Shown in pieces: positions 10,238-20,150 of a stretch of 64,000 bases of DNA. The notes under the pieces were generated by a model, which was given only the letters and a program-made list of their open reading frames with translations, searched no databases and was not told the origin of the DNA. The stretch spans positions 14,678 to 78,677 of the forward strand of contig CANRGN010000003.1 in the NCBI GenBank assembly GCA_947630235.1, in the 5' to 3' direction. The DNA comes from an uncultured Clostridia bacterium. Lineage in GTDB: Bacteria; Bacillota; Clostridia; TANB77; CAG-508. Within the stretch, counting starts at the first letter, position 1, and each line of letters begins with the position of its first letter. Made by a program: the position numbers and the translations under genes.

Positions 10238-11158
10238 TTGGCTGAGTATACATATAAAGTGCAACAAGATGATATTGGAATAAGATTAGATAAACTTATT
10301 TCTATAAAATTTGATGATTTTTCAAGAGTAACTATTCAAAGGTTAATAGAAAATGGTAAAATAAAAGTAAATGAAAAAGAAATAAAAGTTTCTTATAAAG
10401 TGCAAGAAAATGATTTCATAAAGATAGAAGAAGAAGAAATAAAAGATACAGATTTAATTCCTGAAAATATACCATTAGATGTAATTTATGAAGATAATGA
10501 TATTTTAGTTGTAAACAAAGAAAAAGGAATGGTAGTTCATCCAGGAAATGGGAATCCAAATGGTACTTTGGTAAATGCAGTTTTATCAAGATGTAAAGAA
10601 AGCTTATCTGGAATAGGAGGGCAATATCGTCCAGGAATTGTTCATCGTATAGATAAAGATACTTCTGGCTTGCTAATAATTGCAAAAAATGATAAAGCTC
10701 ATTTAAATGTAAGTGAGCAGATAAAGAATCATGAAGTTAAAAAAACTTATGTAGCATTAGTTCGTGGAAGAATAAAAGAAAATGAAGCAACTATAAATAT
10801 GCCAATAGCTAGAAGTAAAACAGATAGAACAAAAATGGCAGTTAGAAAAGATGGAAAAGAAGCAATTACTCATATAAAAGTTTTAAAAAAATATAATAAT
10901 TTTACTTTTATTGAAGTTAATATTGAAACAGGAAGAACTCATCAAATAAGAGTTCATATGGCCGAAATAGGATATCCAATTGTAGGAGATTATATTTATT
11001 CTAATGGAAAAAATCCTTTTAATGTAAAAGGTCAAATGCTACATAGCATGAAATTGGAATTTAAGCATCCTGCAACAGGAAAAGAAATGAGTTTAGAAGC
11101 TCCAATTCCAAAATATTTTCAAGATGTTTTAAATGTTTTAGATAAGGAAGTAGAATAA
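10238..11158 (+). CDS. rluD: RluA/RluD family 23S rRNA pseudouridine synthase
   Basis: S4 domain N-terminus, HRIDKDTSGLLIIAKN catalytic motif, GRTHQIRVHMA. Confidence 0.9.
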   Translation: MAEYTYKVQQDDIGIRLDKLISIKFDDFSRVTIQRLIENGKIKVNEKEIKVSYKVQENDFIKIEEEEIKDTDLIPENIPLDVIYEDNDILVVNKEKGMVVHPGNGNPNGTLVNAVLSRCKESLSGIGGQYRPGIVHRIDKDTSGLLIIAKNDKAHLNVSEQIKNHEVKKTYVALVRGRIKENEATINMPIARSKTDRTKMAVRKDGKEAITHIKVLKKYNNFTFIEVNIETGRTHQIRVHMAEIGYPIVGDYIYSNGKNPFNVKGQMLHSMKLEFKHPATGKEMSLEAPIPKYFQDVLNVLDKEVE

Positions 11159-11882
11159 ATGGAAGAGGTAAGATTGCAAAAGTTTTTAGCAGATGCTGGA
11201 ATTGCTTCTAGAAGAAAAGCAGAAGAGTTAATAAATTGTGGAAAAATATTAGTAAATAATGAAATTGCTGTAATTGGTCAAAAAATAGTTGTTGGTAAAG
11301 ATGAAATAAAATATAATGGAAAAATTGTAAATAAAAGAAATAAAGATTTTGTTTATATATTATTAAATAAACCTATTCGGATATGTTACTACTGTAAAAG
11401 ATCAATTTAACAGACAAGCGATTCTTGATTTGGTAAAAATAGATAGAAGAATTGTTCCTGTTGGAAGATTAGATATGTATACGTCAGGTGCTATAATATT
11501 AACAGATGATGGAGATTTTGTGTATAAGGTTACTCATCCAAAACATGAAATAACAAAAACCTATACTGTTACTTTGATTGGGAAGGTGAATAATGAAGAT
11601 GTTCAAAAATTAAGAGATGGAGTAATTATTGATAATTATAAAACAAAACCAGCAGATGTTAAAATTTTAAAAATTGATGAAGTAAAAAATATATCTAGAT
11701 TAGAAATAAGGATACATGAAGGAAAAAACAGACAAGTTAGAAAAATGTGTGAAGCTATAAATAAAAAGGTTATAGCATTACATAGAAGTAAAATAGGAAA
11801 TATAGGAGTAAAAGATTTAAAGATAGGTGAATGGAGGTATTTATCTTTAAAAGAAGTAAGTTCTATAATTAAAGATTTATAA
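11159..11882 (+). CDS. rluB: RsuA/RluB family pseudouridine synthase, interrupted by a +1 shift at CGG 11378-11380
   Basis: S4 domain (11159-11377) reads ...LLNKPI. The +1 frame from GGA 11379 reads GYVTTVKDQFNRQAILDLV...VGRLDMYTSGAIILTDDG (catalytic Asp motif). Length is 3n+1. Standard pipelines would call this a frameshifted pseudogene. Confidence 0.85.
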
Positions 11883-11927
11883 AATTTATTATAATTAAAT
11901 ATTTTTAATACAAAAGAGGAGATTGAT

Positions 11928-12731
11928 ATGGAATATCAAAAGTTTATTCCAGAAGGATGGAAAAATATATATGAAGAAATTTCTTTAAGTGAAATAAAAG
12001 AGGCAATAATAAATGGAAATGTTTTAGAAGGAAAAGCATATAAATGTGATGAAAATTACAATGTTCATGTTAAATTAAATGATAATATAGATGGAATTAT
12101 ACCAAGAAATGAAATAGATTATTTAGGCATTGACGAAGATGGAAATATAAAAACTAGTATTTGTAAAAATAAAATAAATAATTATATTCAATTCAAACCT
12201 AAGAATATTAATAAAGATTCTACAGTAATATTATCAAGAAAAGAAGTTTGTTTAGATGCATTGAATTGGGTGAGTAGAGAATTAGAGCCAGGAACTATTT
12301 TGGATGGAATTGTTAAAAATATAAGACCTTATGGTGTTTTTGTTGAAATAGGAGGAGGGGTTGTAGGTCTTATTCATATTCAAGATATTTCGATATCAAG
12401 AATAAAAAATCCAAAAGAACGTTTTTTTATTGGACAAAAAATAAAAACTGTGGTAAAATCAATAGATAAAGAGAATTCTAGAATAATATTATCATATAAA
12501 GAATTATTAGGAAATTGGGAAGATAATATAAAGTTTTTCGAGGAAAAAACAATTGTAAAAGGTATAGTAAAAGAATATGATAAGTACAATAACGGAATTT
12601 TTATTGAACTAAAACCTAATTTAGTTGGGTTAGCAGAGTATAAAGCTGGTTACGAATATGGTCAAGTAGTTAATGTTTTTATCAAAAAAATAATAAAAGA
12701 TAAAAAGAAAATTAAATTATTGATAGTTTGA
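11928..12731 (+). CDS. S1 RNA-binding domain protein
   Basis: GTILDGIVKNIRPYGVFVEIGGGVVGLIHIQDIS S1 motif; second S1-like repeat at the C-terminus. Confidence 0.75.
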   Translation: MEYQKFIPEGWKNIYEEISLSEIKEAIINGNVLEGKAYKCDENYNVHVKLNDNIDGIIPRNEIDYLGIDEDGNIKTSICKNKINNYIQFKPKNINKDSTVILSRKEVCLDALNWVSRELEPGTILDGIVKNIRPYGVFVEIGGGVVGLIHIQDISISRIKNPKERFFIGQKIKTVVKSIDKENSRIILSYKELLGNWEDNIKFFEEKTIVKGIVKEYDKYNNGIFIELKPNLVGLAEYKAGYEYGQVVNVFIKKIIKDKKKIKLLIV

Positions 12732-12747
12732 AAGGAGCTGTTTTGTA

Positions 12748-13680
12748 ATGGTAGAAGATGAAAAAATTAAAACTACCGTTTCTCCATTTGCAATTAGAGA
12801 GGGAGAAATAAAAACTTTTGATGGAAAAGATGGTTATGTATCTATAAATCAAATAATCCATAAAATTAATTTAGGACATATTTCTGAAATTCATTTTCAG
12901 ATTTTAGAATTGGTAAATGAATTTGAATTTATGACATCAAGGCAAATATATCAAATATTAGTATACAAAAATGTTGATATAAAATCACAAGATAAACTTA
13001 ATAATAAATTAGAACAATTGGTAAAAACAAAGATTTTAACTAGATATTATTTTACATCAGAAGAGGGAAAAGGAATTTATAGAGTTTATTGTTTAGAAAA
13101 AATGGGAAAATATTTATTGAATTCTAAAGAAATAGAGTGTAAATGGCAACCCACAGATAATATTAAGCCAGTAGAAATGATAAAAAAGAGATTAGCAGGA
13201 AATCAAGTTATACTTGCATATATGAGAAAATCAGCAAATTTTGTTGGATATACAGTAAAACCTCAAATAAAAGCTAAAATGTCAGGAAAAATAATAAAAG
13301 CAAATGGTGAAGTTAAACTTGCAAAAAATGGAAAAGGAATTAGCTTGATTTTTGAATGTGTAAGAAGAGATTTAAATTGGGAAACAAAATTTATTGATAG
13401 AATAAGATTATATAAAGATTTTTATGATAATTTTGTACAATATGATTCTGGATTTCAAATACCGCCTCAATTAATTTTTGTATGTGAAGATGATAAACAT
13501 ACAGTAGAGGTATTTAAGGAGCTAGTAAAGAATAAATTAGTTATAGATAAAATTAAATTTTATTTTACTACTGATTTAAAACAAAATTCTACATCACTTG
13601 AAAAATCATTATTAGAATTTATACAAGATGAAAATGGAAAATATAAGGCAAAAAATATAGAGATAAAATTATTAGGATAA
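12748..13680 (+). CDS. replication-relaxation family (winged-helix) protein
   Basis: HFQILELVNEFEFMTSRQIYQIL...KLEQLVKTKILTRYYF matches the replication-relaxation N-terminal wHTH pattern; convergent with a T4SS coupling protein gene. Confidence 0.5.
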   Translation: MVEDEKIKTTVSPFAIREGEIKTFDGKDGYVSINQIIHKINLGHISEIHFQILELVNEFEFMTSRQIYQILVYKNVDIKSQDKLNNKLEQLVKTKILTRYYFTSEEGKGIYRVYCLEKMGKYLLNSKEIECKWQPTDNIKPVEMIKKRLAGNQVILAYMRKSANFVGYTVKPQIKAKMSGKIIKANGEVKLAKNGKGISLIFECVRRDLNWETKFIDRIRLYKDFYDNFVQYDSGFQIPPQLIFVCEDDKHTVEVFKELVKNKLVIDKIKFYFTTDLKQNSTSLEKSLLEFIQDENGKYKAKNIEIKLLG

Positions 13681-13685
13681 AAAAA

Positions 13686-13728
13686 GGGAATAGGTAAATA
13701 ATTTAAATTATTTACCTATTCTTTTTTA
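13686..13728. terminator. bidirectional terminator between convergent genes
   Basis: GAATAGGTAAATAA/TTATTTACCTATTC 14-bp stem flanked by A-run and T-run. Confidence 0.7.
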
Positions 13729-16140
13729 TTCATCATTATTATTTCTTTTAAAATTTTGAATTGGATCTTCATCATCAGGATTTGAGTTAGAAATATTATT
13801 ATTGTATTGAATTGGATCTGTATCATTTGGATTATTAGGAGTGCCAGTAAAATTTATGTTTTTCAAATTAAATTTTGGCTTTTCATTTTTGCTATCATCA
13901 TTACTGTTGTCTGTAATGCCACTAGAGAATTTTGTAAAATCATATATTTTTGCTTTTTTACTATCTTTATAACTTTCATCAAGAAAATCAATTTTGGCTT
14001 TACCAACAATATTTTTTCCACCAGTATCTTTTGTTTTAAAAAGAATTTGCTTAAATTTTAATGATTGAACTTTTCCTGCTTTGTAATTTTTTACCCAAGA
14101 ATAAGAAATAGATTTTAAAGTATTTGTATATGAAGGTCCTGTTTGACCACCTGTTTTTTCTTTTTCTCCAGGTTTTGGAGGATCAGCTAGAGGTTCTAAA
14201 GGTTCGTAATCTCTAGTTGCTTTCCATTCTCTTTTTTCTCCAAGTTCTTGTTCCCACCACTCATTATCTTCGGGAGTGTTATTACCAAAAACTATTTTTG
14301 TAGTACAATTTGCCATAATTGTTTGCCTATAATTATGCCCATTTGGAGTTCCAAATTGTGATAAGTTTTGAGCTGATATAATAGTTCCCACACGATATTT
14401 TCTATATAAAGTAAATATAGAAGATACGCTTCTAGATAAAAATGGAGTAAATTCATCAATATATAAAAAGTGTGGTATTCTATTTTTTTCAGTTCCTGGT
14501 CTAGATAAAACAGAATGTTGCATAGTAAGAAGGAAGAATATTCCAAATGCTCTATGTACGCTTGGACCTAAGTCTCCACGTCTTGTGCATACTAAAATTA
14601 CTTCTCCATTTTTAAGTGCATCATCATAATTTATATTATTATATCTATTACATATAACATTTTTAATTCCTGGATATCTTATTAAATTAGCAAGTTGAGC
14701 ACTTATTGTTTGAATTTGTTTTTGAGTTTCGTCTTTATTTGGTGAATCTTTATAGAAATTAGCTTTATAATATTGAATTTGTATAGCATATTTTTCTGCA
14801 AGTTCAGGATTTGAACTCATTTTTTCAGATAATTCTTCTATTTTTGAAAAGTCATATAATAATTTTAATAAATCTTCTAAAGTTGGCATTTCTCCATTAT
14901 GTTCTTCAGGATACATTTCACATAGTAATAATGTTAAATTTTCTATAGCTTGAGCTGCTAAATTTTGAAGGAATGTATCTGTAAATTTATTAGAATTATT
15001 TTCTGTATCTTCTTGGAACATTACTTTCATAACAGAAGATATTGCAATTGATATTTTTATAGAATCTTTTAAAGCAAACGGATTTATTCCTTCAGAATTT
15101 GGATCTGTAGGATCTATAATGTGATATTTTATTCCAAATGCTTTTGCGACGTCTTTTATATTTTCTATAGTTTCTATATCTGGAGCAACATATGTTAATC
15201 CAAGATTTTTATATACGTATTTATTATCTTTGCTATGTAGAATCAATTTTGACATATATGCTTTATATAATTTTTCTTTTGATTCAACAGGAACGAGCAT
15301 ATTTAAATTGAAATTTTCATTTATAAATTCATTTGAATATGGGCAATTTAAGCTTGCAATTCCAGTACGTAAAGCGGTATATCCCATTTCTTTACTAGCT
15401 TCTTTAAAAAAGTATTTCTTTTCTAAATCTCTAGCCATAAATGGTTCAAAAATCATACTAGTTTTTCCTGAACCTGAAACACCAACAACAAGGGTAGATT
15501 CAAATCTTCTAGCTTCTGGAATTTTTATCCCTTTACCAGTTTCAGCATCTTTACAGATAAAAAGTTCACATGTATATGGACCCCATCCTTTATTTTTATC
15601 AGATAAGTTAATTCCAGCATAATCAAATATTGAATCACGTATGTCTTTGGTATCGTTTAATTCAGTATATATATGTAAGAATAATCTATAAAAAGTTGTT
15701 AAAGGTAAATACCAAGCTATTGCTGAAAATGCAGGTCTTATTAATTCTCTAAAATTAGATATAATATAAGAGTAATTTGGAACTAAGAAAAATGCAGACC
15801 ATAATAAAGCGTTAACCCATTGAATTACCATGGAGGTTCCTATAATATATAAACCAATCATATGAACATATAAAAATGATAACTTTTTTCTATCTTCAGT
15901 AACAAATTTTGAAGAACTAGAGAAGTGATAAGCGAATGTTACACAAAAAATTGCAAGTGTATATTTTATGGGACCCCACAAATCAACATACATTCCAGTT
16001 GCTGCTATAAATATAACTTCAACAATTCTATCTATGCAAAGATAAAAGGATATTAAGGTTAATACGTAAGTTACAAATGTATTGCGATCTGTTTTTAACA
16101 TTTTTAAAAATTTATCTATATGTTCCAAAATTTTCACCAC
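13726..16140 (-). CDS. type IV secretion coupling protein-like ATPase (TraG/TraD/VirD4 family)
   Basis: N-terminal TM segments, Walker A VGVSGSGKTS, Walker B FLYIDEF, RKYRVGTIISAQNLSQF, Asn/Asp-rich low-complexity tail. Confidence 0.75.
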   Translation of the reverse strand: MVKILEHIDKFLKMLKTDRNTFVTYVLTLISFYLCIDRIVEVIFIAATGMYVDLWGPIKYTLAIFCVTFAYHFSSSSKFVTEDRKKLSFLYVHMIGLYIIGTSMVIQWVNALLWSAFFLVPNYSYIISNFRELIRPAFSAIAWYLPLTTFYRLFLHIYTELNDTKDIRDSIFDYAGINLSDKNKGWGPYTCELFICKDAETGKGIKIPEARRFESTLVVGVSGSGKTSMIFEPFMARDLEKKYFFKEASKEMGYTALRTGIASLNCPYSNEFINENFNLNMLVPVESKEKLYKAYMSKLILHSKDNKYVYKNLGLTYVAPDIETIENIKDVAKAFGIKYHIIDPTDPNSEGINPFALKDSIKISIAISSVMKVMFQEDTENNSNKFTDTFLQNLAAQAIENLTLLLCEMYPEEHNGEMPTLEDLLKLLYDFSKIEELSEKMSSNPELAEKYAIQIQYYKANFYKDSPNKDETQKQIQTISAQLANLIRYPGIKNVICNRYNNINYDDALKNGEVILVCTRRGDLGPSVHRAFGIFFLLTMQHSVLSRPGTEKNRIPHFLYIDEFTPFLSRSVSSIFTLYRKYRVGTIISAQNLSQFGTPNGHNYRQTIMANCTTKIVFGNNTPEDNEWWEQELGEKREWKATRDYEPLEPLADPPKPGEKEKTGGQTGPSYTNTLKSISYSWVKNYKAGKVQSLKFKQILFKTKDTGGKNIVGKAKIDFLDESYKDSKKAKIYDFTKFSSGITDNSNDDSKNEKPKFNLKNINFTGTPNNPNDTDPIQYNNNISNSNPDDEDPIQNFKRNNNDE

Positions 16141-16328
16141 TTTCTATATAATTTCATACACTTCTATTATCTTATAAAATTGCAAAAAAATCAATACTTT
16201 TAAGGAAAAACATGGTAATTTGTAAATTTTTTTATTATATAATAGTAACAATTTTTATCTTTATAGTAATACATAAAAAATACGAAACATATATTGTAAA
16301 AAAGAATTTTTAAAAGAAAGGCATTGAA

Positions 16329-17867
16329 TTGAATACATATAAAAAAGAAAATTTTTCTAAAAGTATAGGATATTTATTTGTTTCACAAGGCTTAATAAAA
16401 ATTTTAGGTTTACTATATAGTTTATATTTAATAAATAAACCGAAATTTGGAGATGAAGGAAATGCAATTTATCTTAGTGCATATCAGATTTTTGCTTTTA
16501 TGCTTACTTTTTCTTCTATAGGGGTACCAAATGCAGTTTCAAATATGATAGCAAAAAGCGATAATTATAGTACTTTGAATAAAATATTTAAATCATCAAT
16601 ATATATTTATGTTTTGGTTGCATGTATTAGTAGTGTAAGTTTATATGTTTTTTCAGATTTTATTGCAAATAAATTTATAGGAATAAATTCTGTTTCATAT
16701 AATTTAAAATTATTATCACCAATAATCATATTTACTACTTTAGAAAGTATATATATTGGCTTTTTTAATGGTATAAAGCAAATGAAGATAACTGCCAAAA
16801 TACAATTTATAGAACAATTATTTAAAACTATTTTTACTATTTCTTTAGTTGAAATTCTTTCAAAAAAAACTAATAATCCAGAAGTTTTAAGTTTAGGAGC
16901 AACTTTAGGAGTTGCTACATCTATAATGCTTAGTTTTATATTGTGTTTTATAGAAAAGAGAAAAACTAATATATATTCTAAAAATTTTAATAAAGAGAAT
17001 ATAAGATATAAAACTATAATAAAAAGTTTATTAAAATTTTCAATACCCATTTCTCTAGGAGCTATGTTAGTAGGAATAAATAGAAATATAGATTCTTTTT
17101 GTGTAATGAATCTTTTGGGAAATAAAATAGGAAAAGATAGTGCCAAAAAAATATATGGAATTATTGCTTCGAAAATTGATGTTTTAATTTTGTTTCCTTT
17201 ATCTTTTAATATAACATTTTCAACAGCATTAATACCAAATATTTCAGAAGCTAGAAAAAGAAATAATTATAACTTAATAAAAAGTTTTGCAGAAAGTTCT
17301 ATATTTATGAGTTTAATTATAGGTATTGCATCTACTTTAGGATTATATTTTTTTGCAGATGAAATTTTTTATTTGTTATTTAGTAATGCACAAGATGGTA
17401 AAAATTTATTAAAATTGGCTTCTTTTTCTATAGTTTTTTCTGTTCTTAATCAAACTTTTACAGGAATATTGCAGGGCTTTCAAAAAAATAAAGTTCCTGT
17501 CTTGGCATCTTTTTTTGGAACTATTTCTAAAGTTATATTTAATTTGATATTTGTTTTAGGTGATTATTTTTATGAAAATGGAATAATTATTAGCACAATA
17601 ATATCAAATATTTTAATGTTTATAATATTGTATAAAGAAGTAAGAAAAAATATAAAGTTTAAATTTAAAAGATATATTTTAATGATATTATTAGCAGGAA
17701 TAATAATGATATTTTTTATGGTAAGTTTTAACAAAATATTTATATTTTTAGGAGTTAAAAGAAAAATAAGTTTTATAGTATCAGCTTTTATTGGTATTTT
17801 TATGTTTTTTTTGCAAATTTTGTGCATTTGTAAAAATTTTGGTATTTTAATAAAAAATAAAAATTAA
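16329..17867 (+). CDS. spoVB: MOP-superfamily flippase (SpoVB/MurJ-like polysaccharide biosynthesis protein)
   Basis: 512 aa, about 14 TM segments, typical N-terminus; TTG start. Confidence 0.7.
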   Translation: MNTYKKENFSKSIGYLFVSQGLIKILGLLYSLYLINKPKFGDEGNAIYLSAYQIFAFMLTFSSIGVPNAVSNMIAKSDNYSTLNKIFKSSIYIYVLVACISSVSLYVFSDFIANKFIGINSVSYNLKLLSPIIIFTTLESIYIGFFNGIKQMKITAKIQFIEQLFKTIFTISLVEILSKKTNNPEVLSLGATLGVATSIMLSFILCFIEKRKTNIYSKNFNKENIRYKTIIKSLLKFSIPISLGAMLVGINRNIDSFCVMNLLGNKIGKDSAKKIYGIIASKIDVLILFPLSFNITFSTALIPNISEARKRNNYNLIKSFAESSIFMSLIIGIASTLGLYFFADEIFYLLFSNAQDGKNLLKLASFSIVFSVLNQTFTGILQGFQKNKVPVLASFFGTISKVIFNLIFVLGDYFYENGIIISTIISNILMFIILYKEVRKNIKFKFKRYILMILLAGIIMIFFMVSFNKIFIFLGVKRKISFIVSAFIGIFMFFLQILCICKNFGILIKNKN

Positions 17868-17983
17868 ATGTAATTTTTTTATTAAAAAATATAAAAAAAG
17901 AGGGATTTTTCTATAGTTTGACGAATAAAAATATTGTGTAGATAAATTTTGCACGTATGAAAACAATTAGGAGGTATTAAGAA

Positions 17984-18262
17984 ATGAACAAAGCTGAATT
18001 AATCGCAGCAATGGCTGCAAAAACAGGAGAAACAAAAAAAAGTGCTGAAGAATCACTAAATGCTTTTGTTTCAGTAGTAACAGAAGCTCTTCAAAAAGGA
18101 GATAAAGTACAATTAGTTGGATTTGGTTCTTATGAAGTAAAAACTAGAGCAGCTAGAAAAGGTAGAAATCCACAAACAAAAGAAGAATTAATAATACCAG
18201 CTTCAAAAGCTCCAGTATTCAAAGCTGGAAAAGCTTTAAAAGATTTAGTTAATAAAAAATAA
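17984..18262 (+). CDS. hup: DNA-binding protein HU
   Basis: MNKAELIAAMA...GFGSYEVKTRAARKGRNPQT...KAGKALKD. Confidence 0.95.
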   Translation: MNKAELIAAMAAKTGETKKSAEESLNAFVSVVTEALQKGDKVQLVGFGSYEVKTRAARKGRNPQTKEELIIPASKAPVFKAGKALKDLVNKK

Positions 18263-18273
18263 TTATAATATAG

Positions 18274-18304
18274 AAAAGAACTAGAACGCTAGTTCTTTTT
18301 TTAT
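18274..18304 (+). terminator. terminator after hup
   Basis: AAAGAACTAG-AACG-CTAGTTCTTT plus T-run. Confidence 0.75.
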
Positions 18305-18527
18305 CTAAAAAATAATTTTTTTATTTTATATTATAAAAAATTTTTAATAAATAAATCTACTAATGTATAAAAGTTATTACGATTCAAATAATAAAATTTC
18401 TCAATTTGTTTTAAAATAGTTAATAAATAGTATTGAAATTATCTAAGAATTTAAATATAATCATATTGAGTATATTAAAAGTGTAGTAACTTATTACACT
18501 TTTATTTAATTTTAATTAGGAGAAATT

Positions 18528-19091
18528 ATGATACAATATATACAAATTATAAATAAAATTAAAAATGTGAAAGAAGAGGCAATTGAAGATTTTAATAAAT
18601 ATGTAAGTGTGCCAATGATTTTATCAAATCAAACTTCTTTAATAAAAAAAGATGGAGAAAATATAAAAATAGAAAAAAATTCACATGTTTACGAAATTGA
18701 TATTGAAACTAGGAAGGCTTTTTCAGAAATTATTTCTATATTAAAAAATATAGAAGTAGAATTATATAATAAAATTGATTACAAATATATAGATTTTTTT
18801 GAAAAATTTAAAGATGTTAACTATTATTTAAATTATGAAAATGATTTTAATAATTTAGAGTTAAAATATTTAACTTTAGAGATATTAACAATATTTAATT
18901 TAAAATTTTGGTGTTTAGATGATGATAGAAAGGTTTTTCTAGAAAACTTAAAATCTATTCAAAAGAAAGAATTGGTAGAAGAGCCAATTGAAGAGATTCA
19001 AGATGATGAAAATTTGGAAATTATGAAAAATAATTGGTGGATGAATTTGCTTAATAAAATAAGAAAAATAAAAAGAGGAAAACAGAAATAA
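18528..19091 (+). CDS. hypothetical protein
   Basis: 187 aa ORF with AGGAG SD; no recognisable motif. Confidence 0.5.
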   Translation: MIQYIQIINKIKNVKEEAIEDFNKYVSVPMILSNQTSLIKKDGENIKIEKNSHVYEIDIETRKAFSEIISILKNIEVELYNKIDYKYIDFFEKFKDVNYYLNYENDFNNLELKYLTLEILTIFNLKFWCLDDDRKVFLENLKSIQKKELVEEPIEEIQDDENLEIMKNNWWMNLLNKIRKIKRGKQK

Positions 19092-19106
19092 TTTTGTTTT
19101 CTTCTT

Positions 19107-19868
19107 TTATTTTTTTTCTAAATATATATCTTTATCAAATAAATTATAGTTAGAATAAGAAAGAGGAATATCAATTTTTATATTAAATTTATATAATTTA
19201 TTAGAATTTGAAACAATATTTATACAAAATGAAAATTTCGTATTTAAATCATTAAGGTTTAAATTTGAATTTTTTAGAATTTGTCCATTAAATATTAATG
19301 GTTCTGTATTAGATATTTTATAATTTTTTAAAATATCAGAATTTAAATATTTTATTGTTATAGGTATAGAGCAATCTGTAAAGAAGTTAGGAGAAGAATA
19401 ATAATTATAGTTTTCTTCATTATTGAAGTTTAATATATTGTAATATAAGTGATTATCTATTTTATATTCAGTGTATATTGTATCTGTTGCAAATTTTAAA
19501 GGATTTTGATAATAAAGTGAAGGATATCCTATATTTGGTTTTTTATCATACTTAATATTATCAATATATAGAGAATTTATTGTATTTTCATCATTTAATT
19601 CTTGTGATATTGATTTAATATAAATTGCAATATCAGTATATTGAGAAATCGATAAATTCCAATTATTACTATCATAAAAAGATGTGCTTTTTGGTGATAT
19701 TCCTGAATAAAATATTTCTTTTTCTATTTTAAATGGACATTCAGAATTTTCTTGATTTTTATTTTGTGATTTTGTAACTGTATTTGAGAAAAAAAGTGTA
19801 TATAATATAAAACCAGTTATTATTATTAAAACAATATTTAATATTTTATTTTTCATAAATAATCTCAT
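19107..19868 (-). CDS. hypothetical membrane-anchored or secreted protein
   Basis: N-terminal hydrophobic anchor MKNKILNIVLIIITGFILYTLFF; Asn/Tyr-rich body; the alternative start is the second ATG at 19856. Confidence 0.55.
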   Translation of the reverse strand: MRLFMKNKILNIVLIIITGFILYTLFFSNTVTKSQNKNQENSECPFKIEKEIFYSGISPKSTSFYDSNNWNLSISQYTDIAIYIKSISQELNDENTINSLYIDNIKYDKKPNIGYPSLYYQNPLKFATDTIYTEYKIDNHLYYNILNFNNEENYNYYSSPNFFTDCSIPITIKYLNSDILKNYKISNTEPLIFNGQILKNSNLNLNDLNTKFSFCINIVSNSNKLYKFNIKIDIPLSYSNYNLFDKDIYLEKK

Positions 19869-19915
19869 TCCTTCCTTGCCTTCGCTAGCGCTACGTCCGT
19901 GGAAGGCACAAATTA
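19869..19915 (-). promoter_or_regulatory. GC-rich 5' leader hairpin able to sequester the SD of the 19107-19868 gene
   Basis: On the minus strand GCCTTCC ... GCGAAGGCAAGGAAGGA-ATG. CCTTCC is complementary to the GGAAGG SD. About 60% GC against a 25% background. Confidence 0.3.
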
Positions 19916-20150
19916 TTTATTAAAATTGTTTGGTGTTTTTTAACTCAACATTGTATCAAACAAGCGTTTACATATTGTATCTACGCTTATTTTTGATGGA
20001 CTTTTTCCTATATTATTTTTCAACCTTCTCCTAAAAAAATTATTATATTAAATATACTTCAAAATTATATTTTCTTCAATAGAATTTTTTTCAAAAATAT
20101 TCAATTGACAAAAAAAAGTATTAATAATAAAATTTTTTTGGAGGATTGTG

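Noticed and set aside
11159-11410. A stand-alone S4-domain protein, and separate small ORFs 46961-47164, 51258-51998 and 41607-43742, treated as independent genes.
   Set aside because: Each downstream ORF-track start is an internal Met. Homology to the same protein family continues upstream of those Met codons in the +1 frame, right back to the CGG site.
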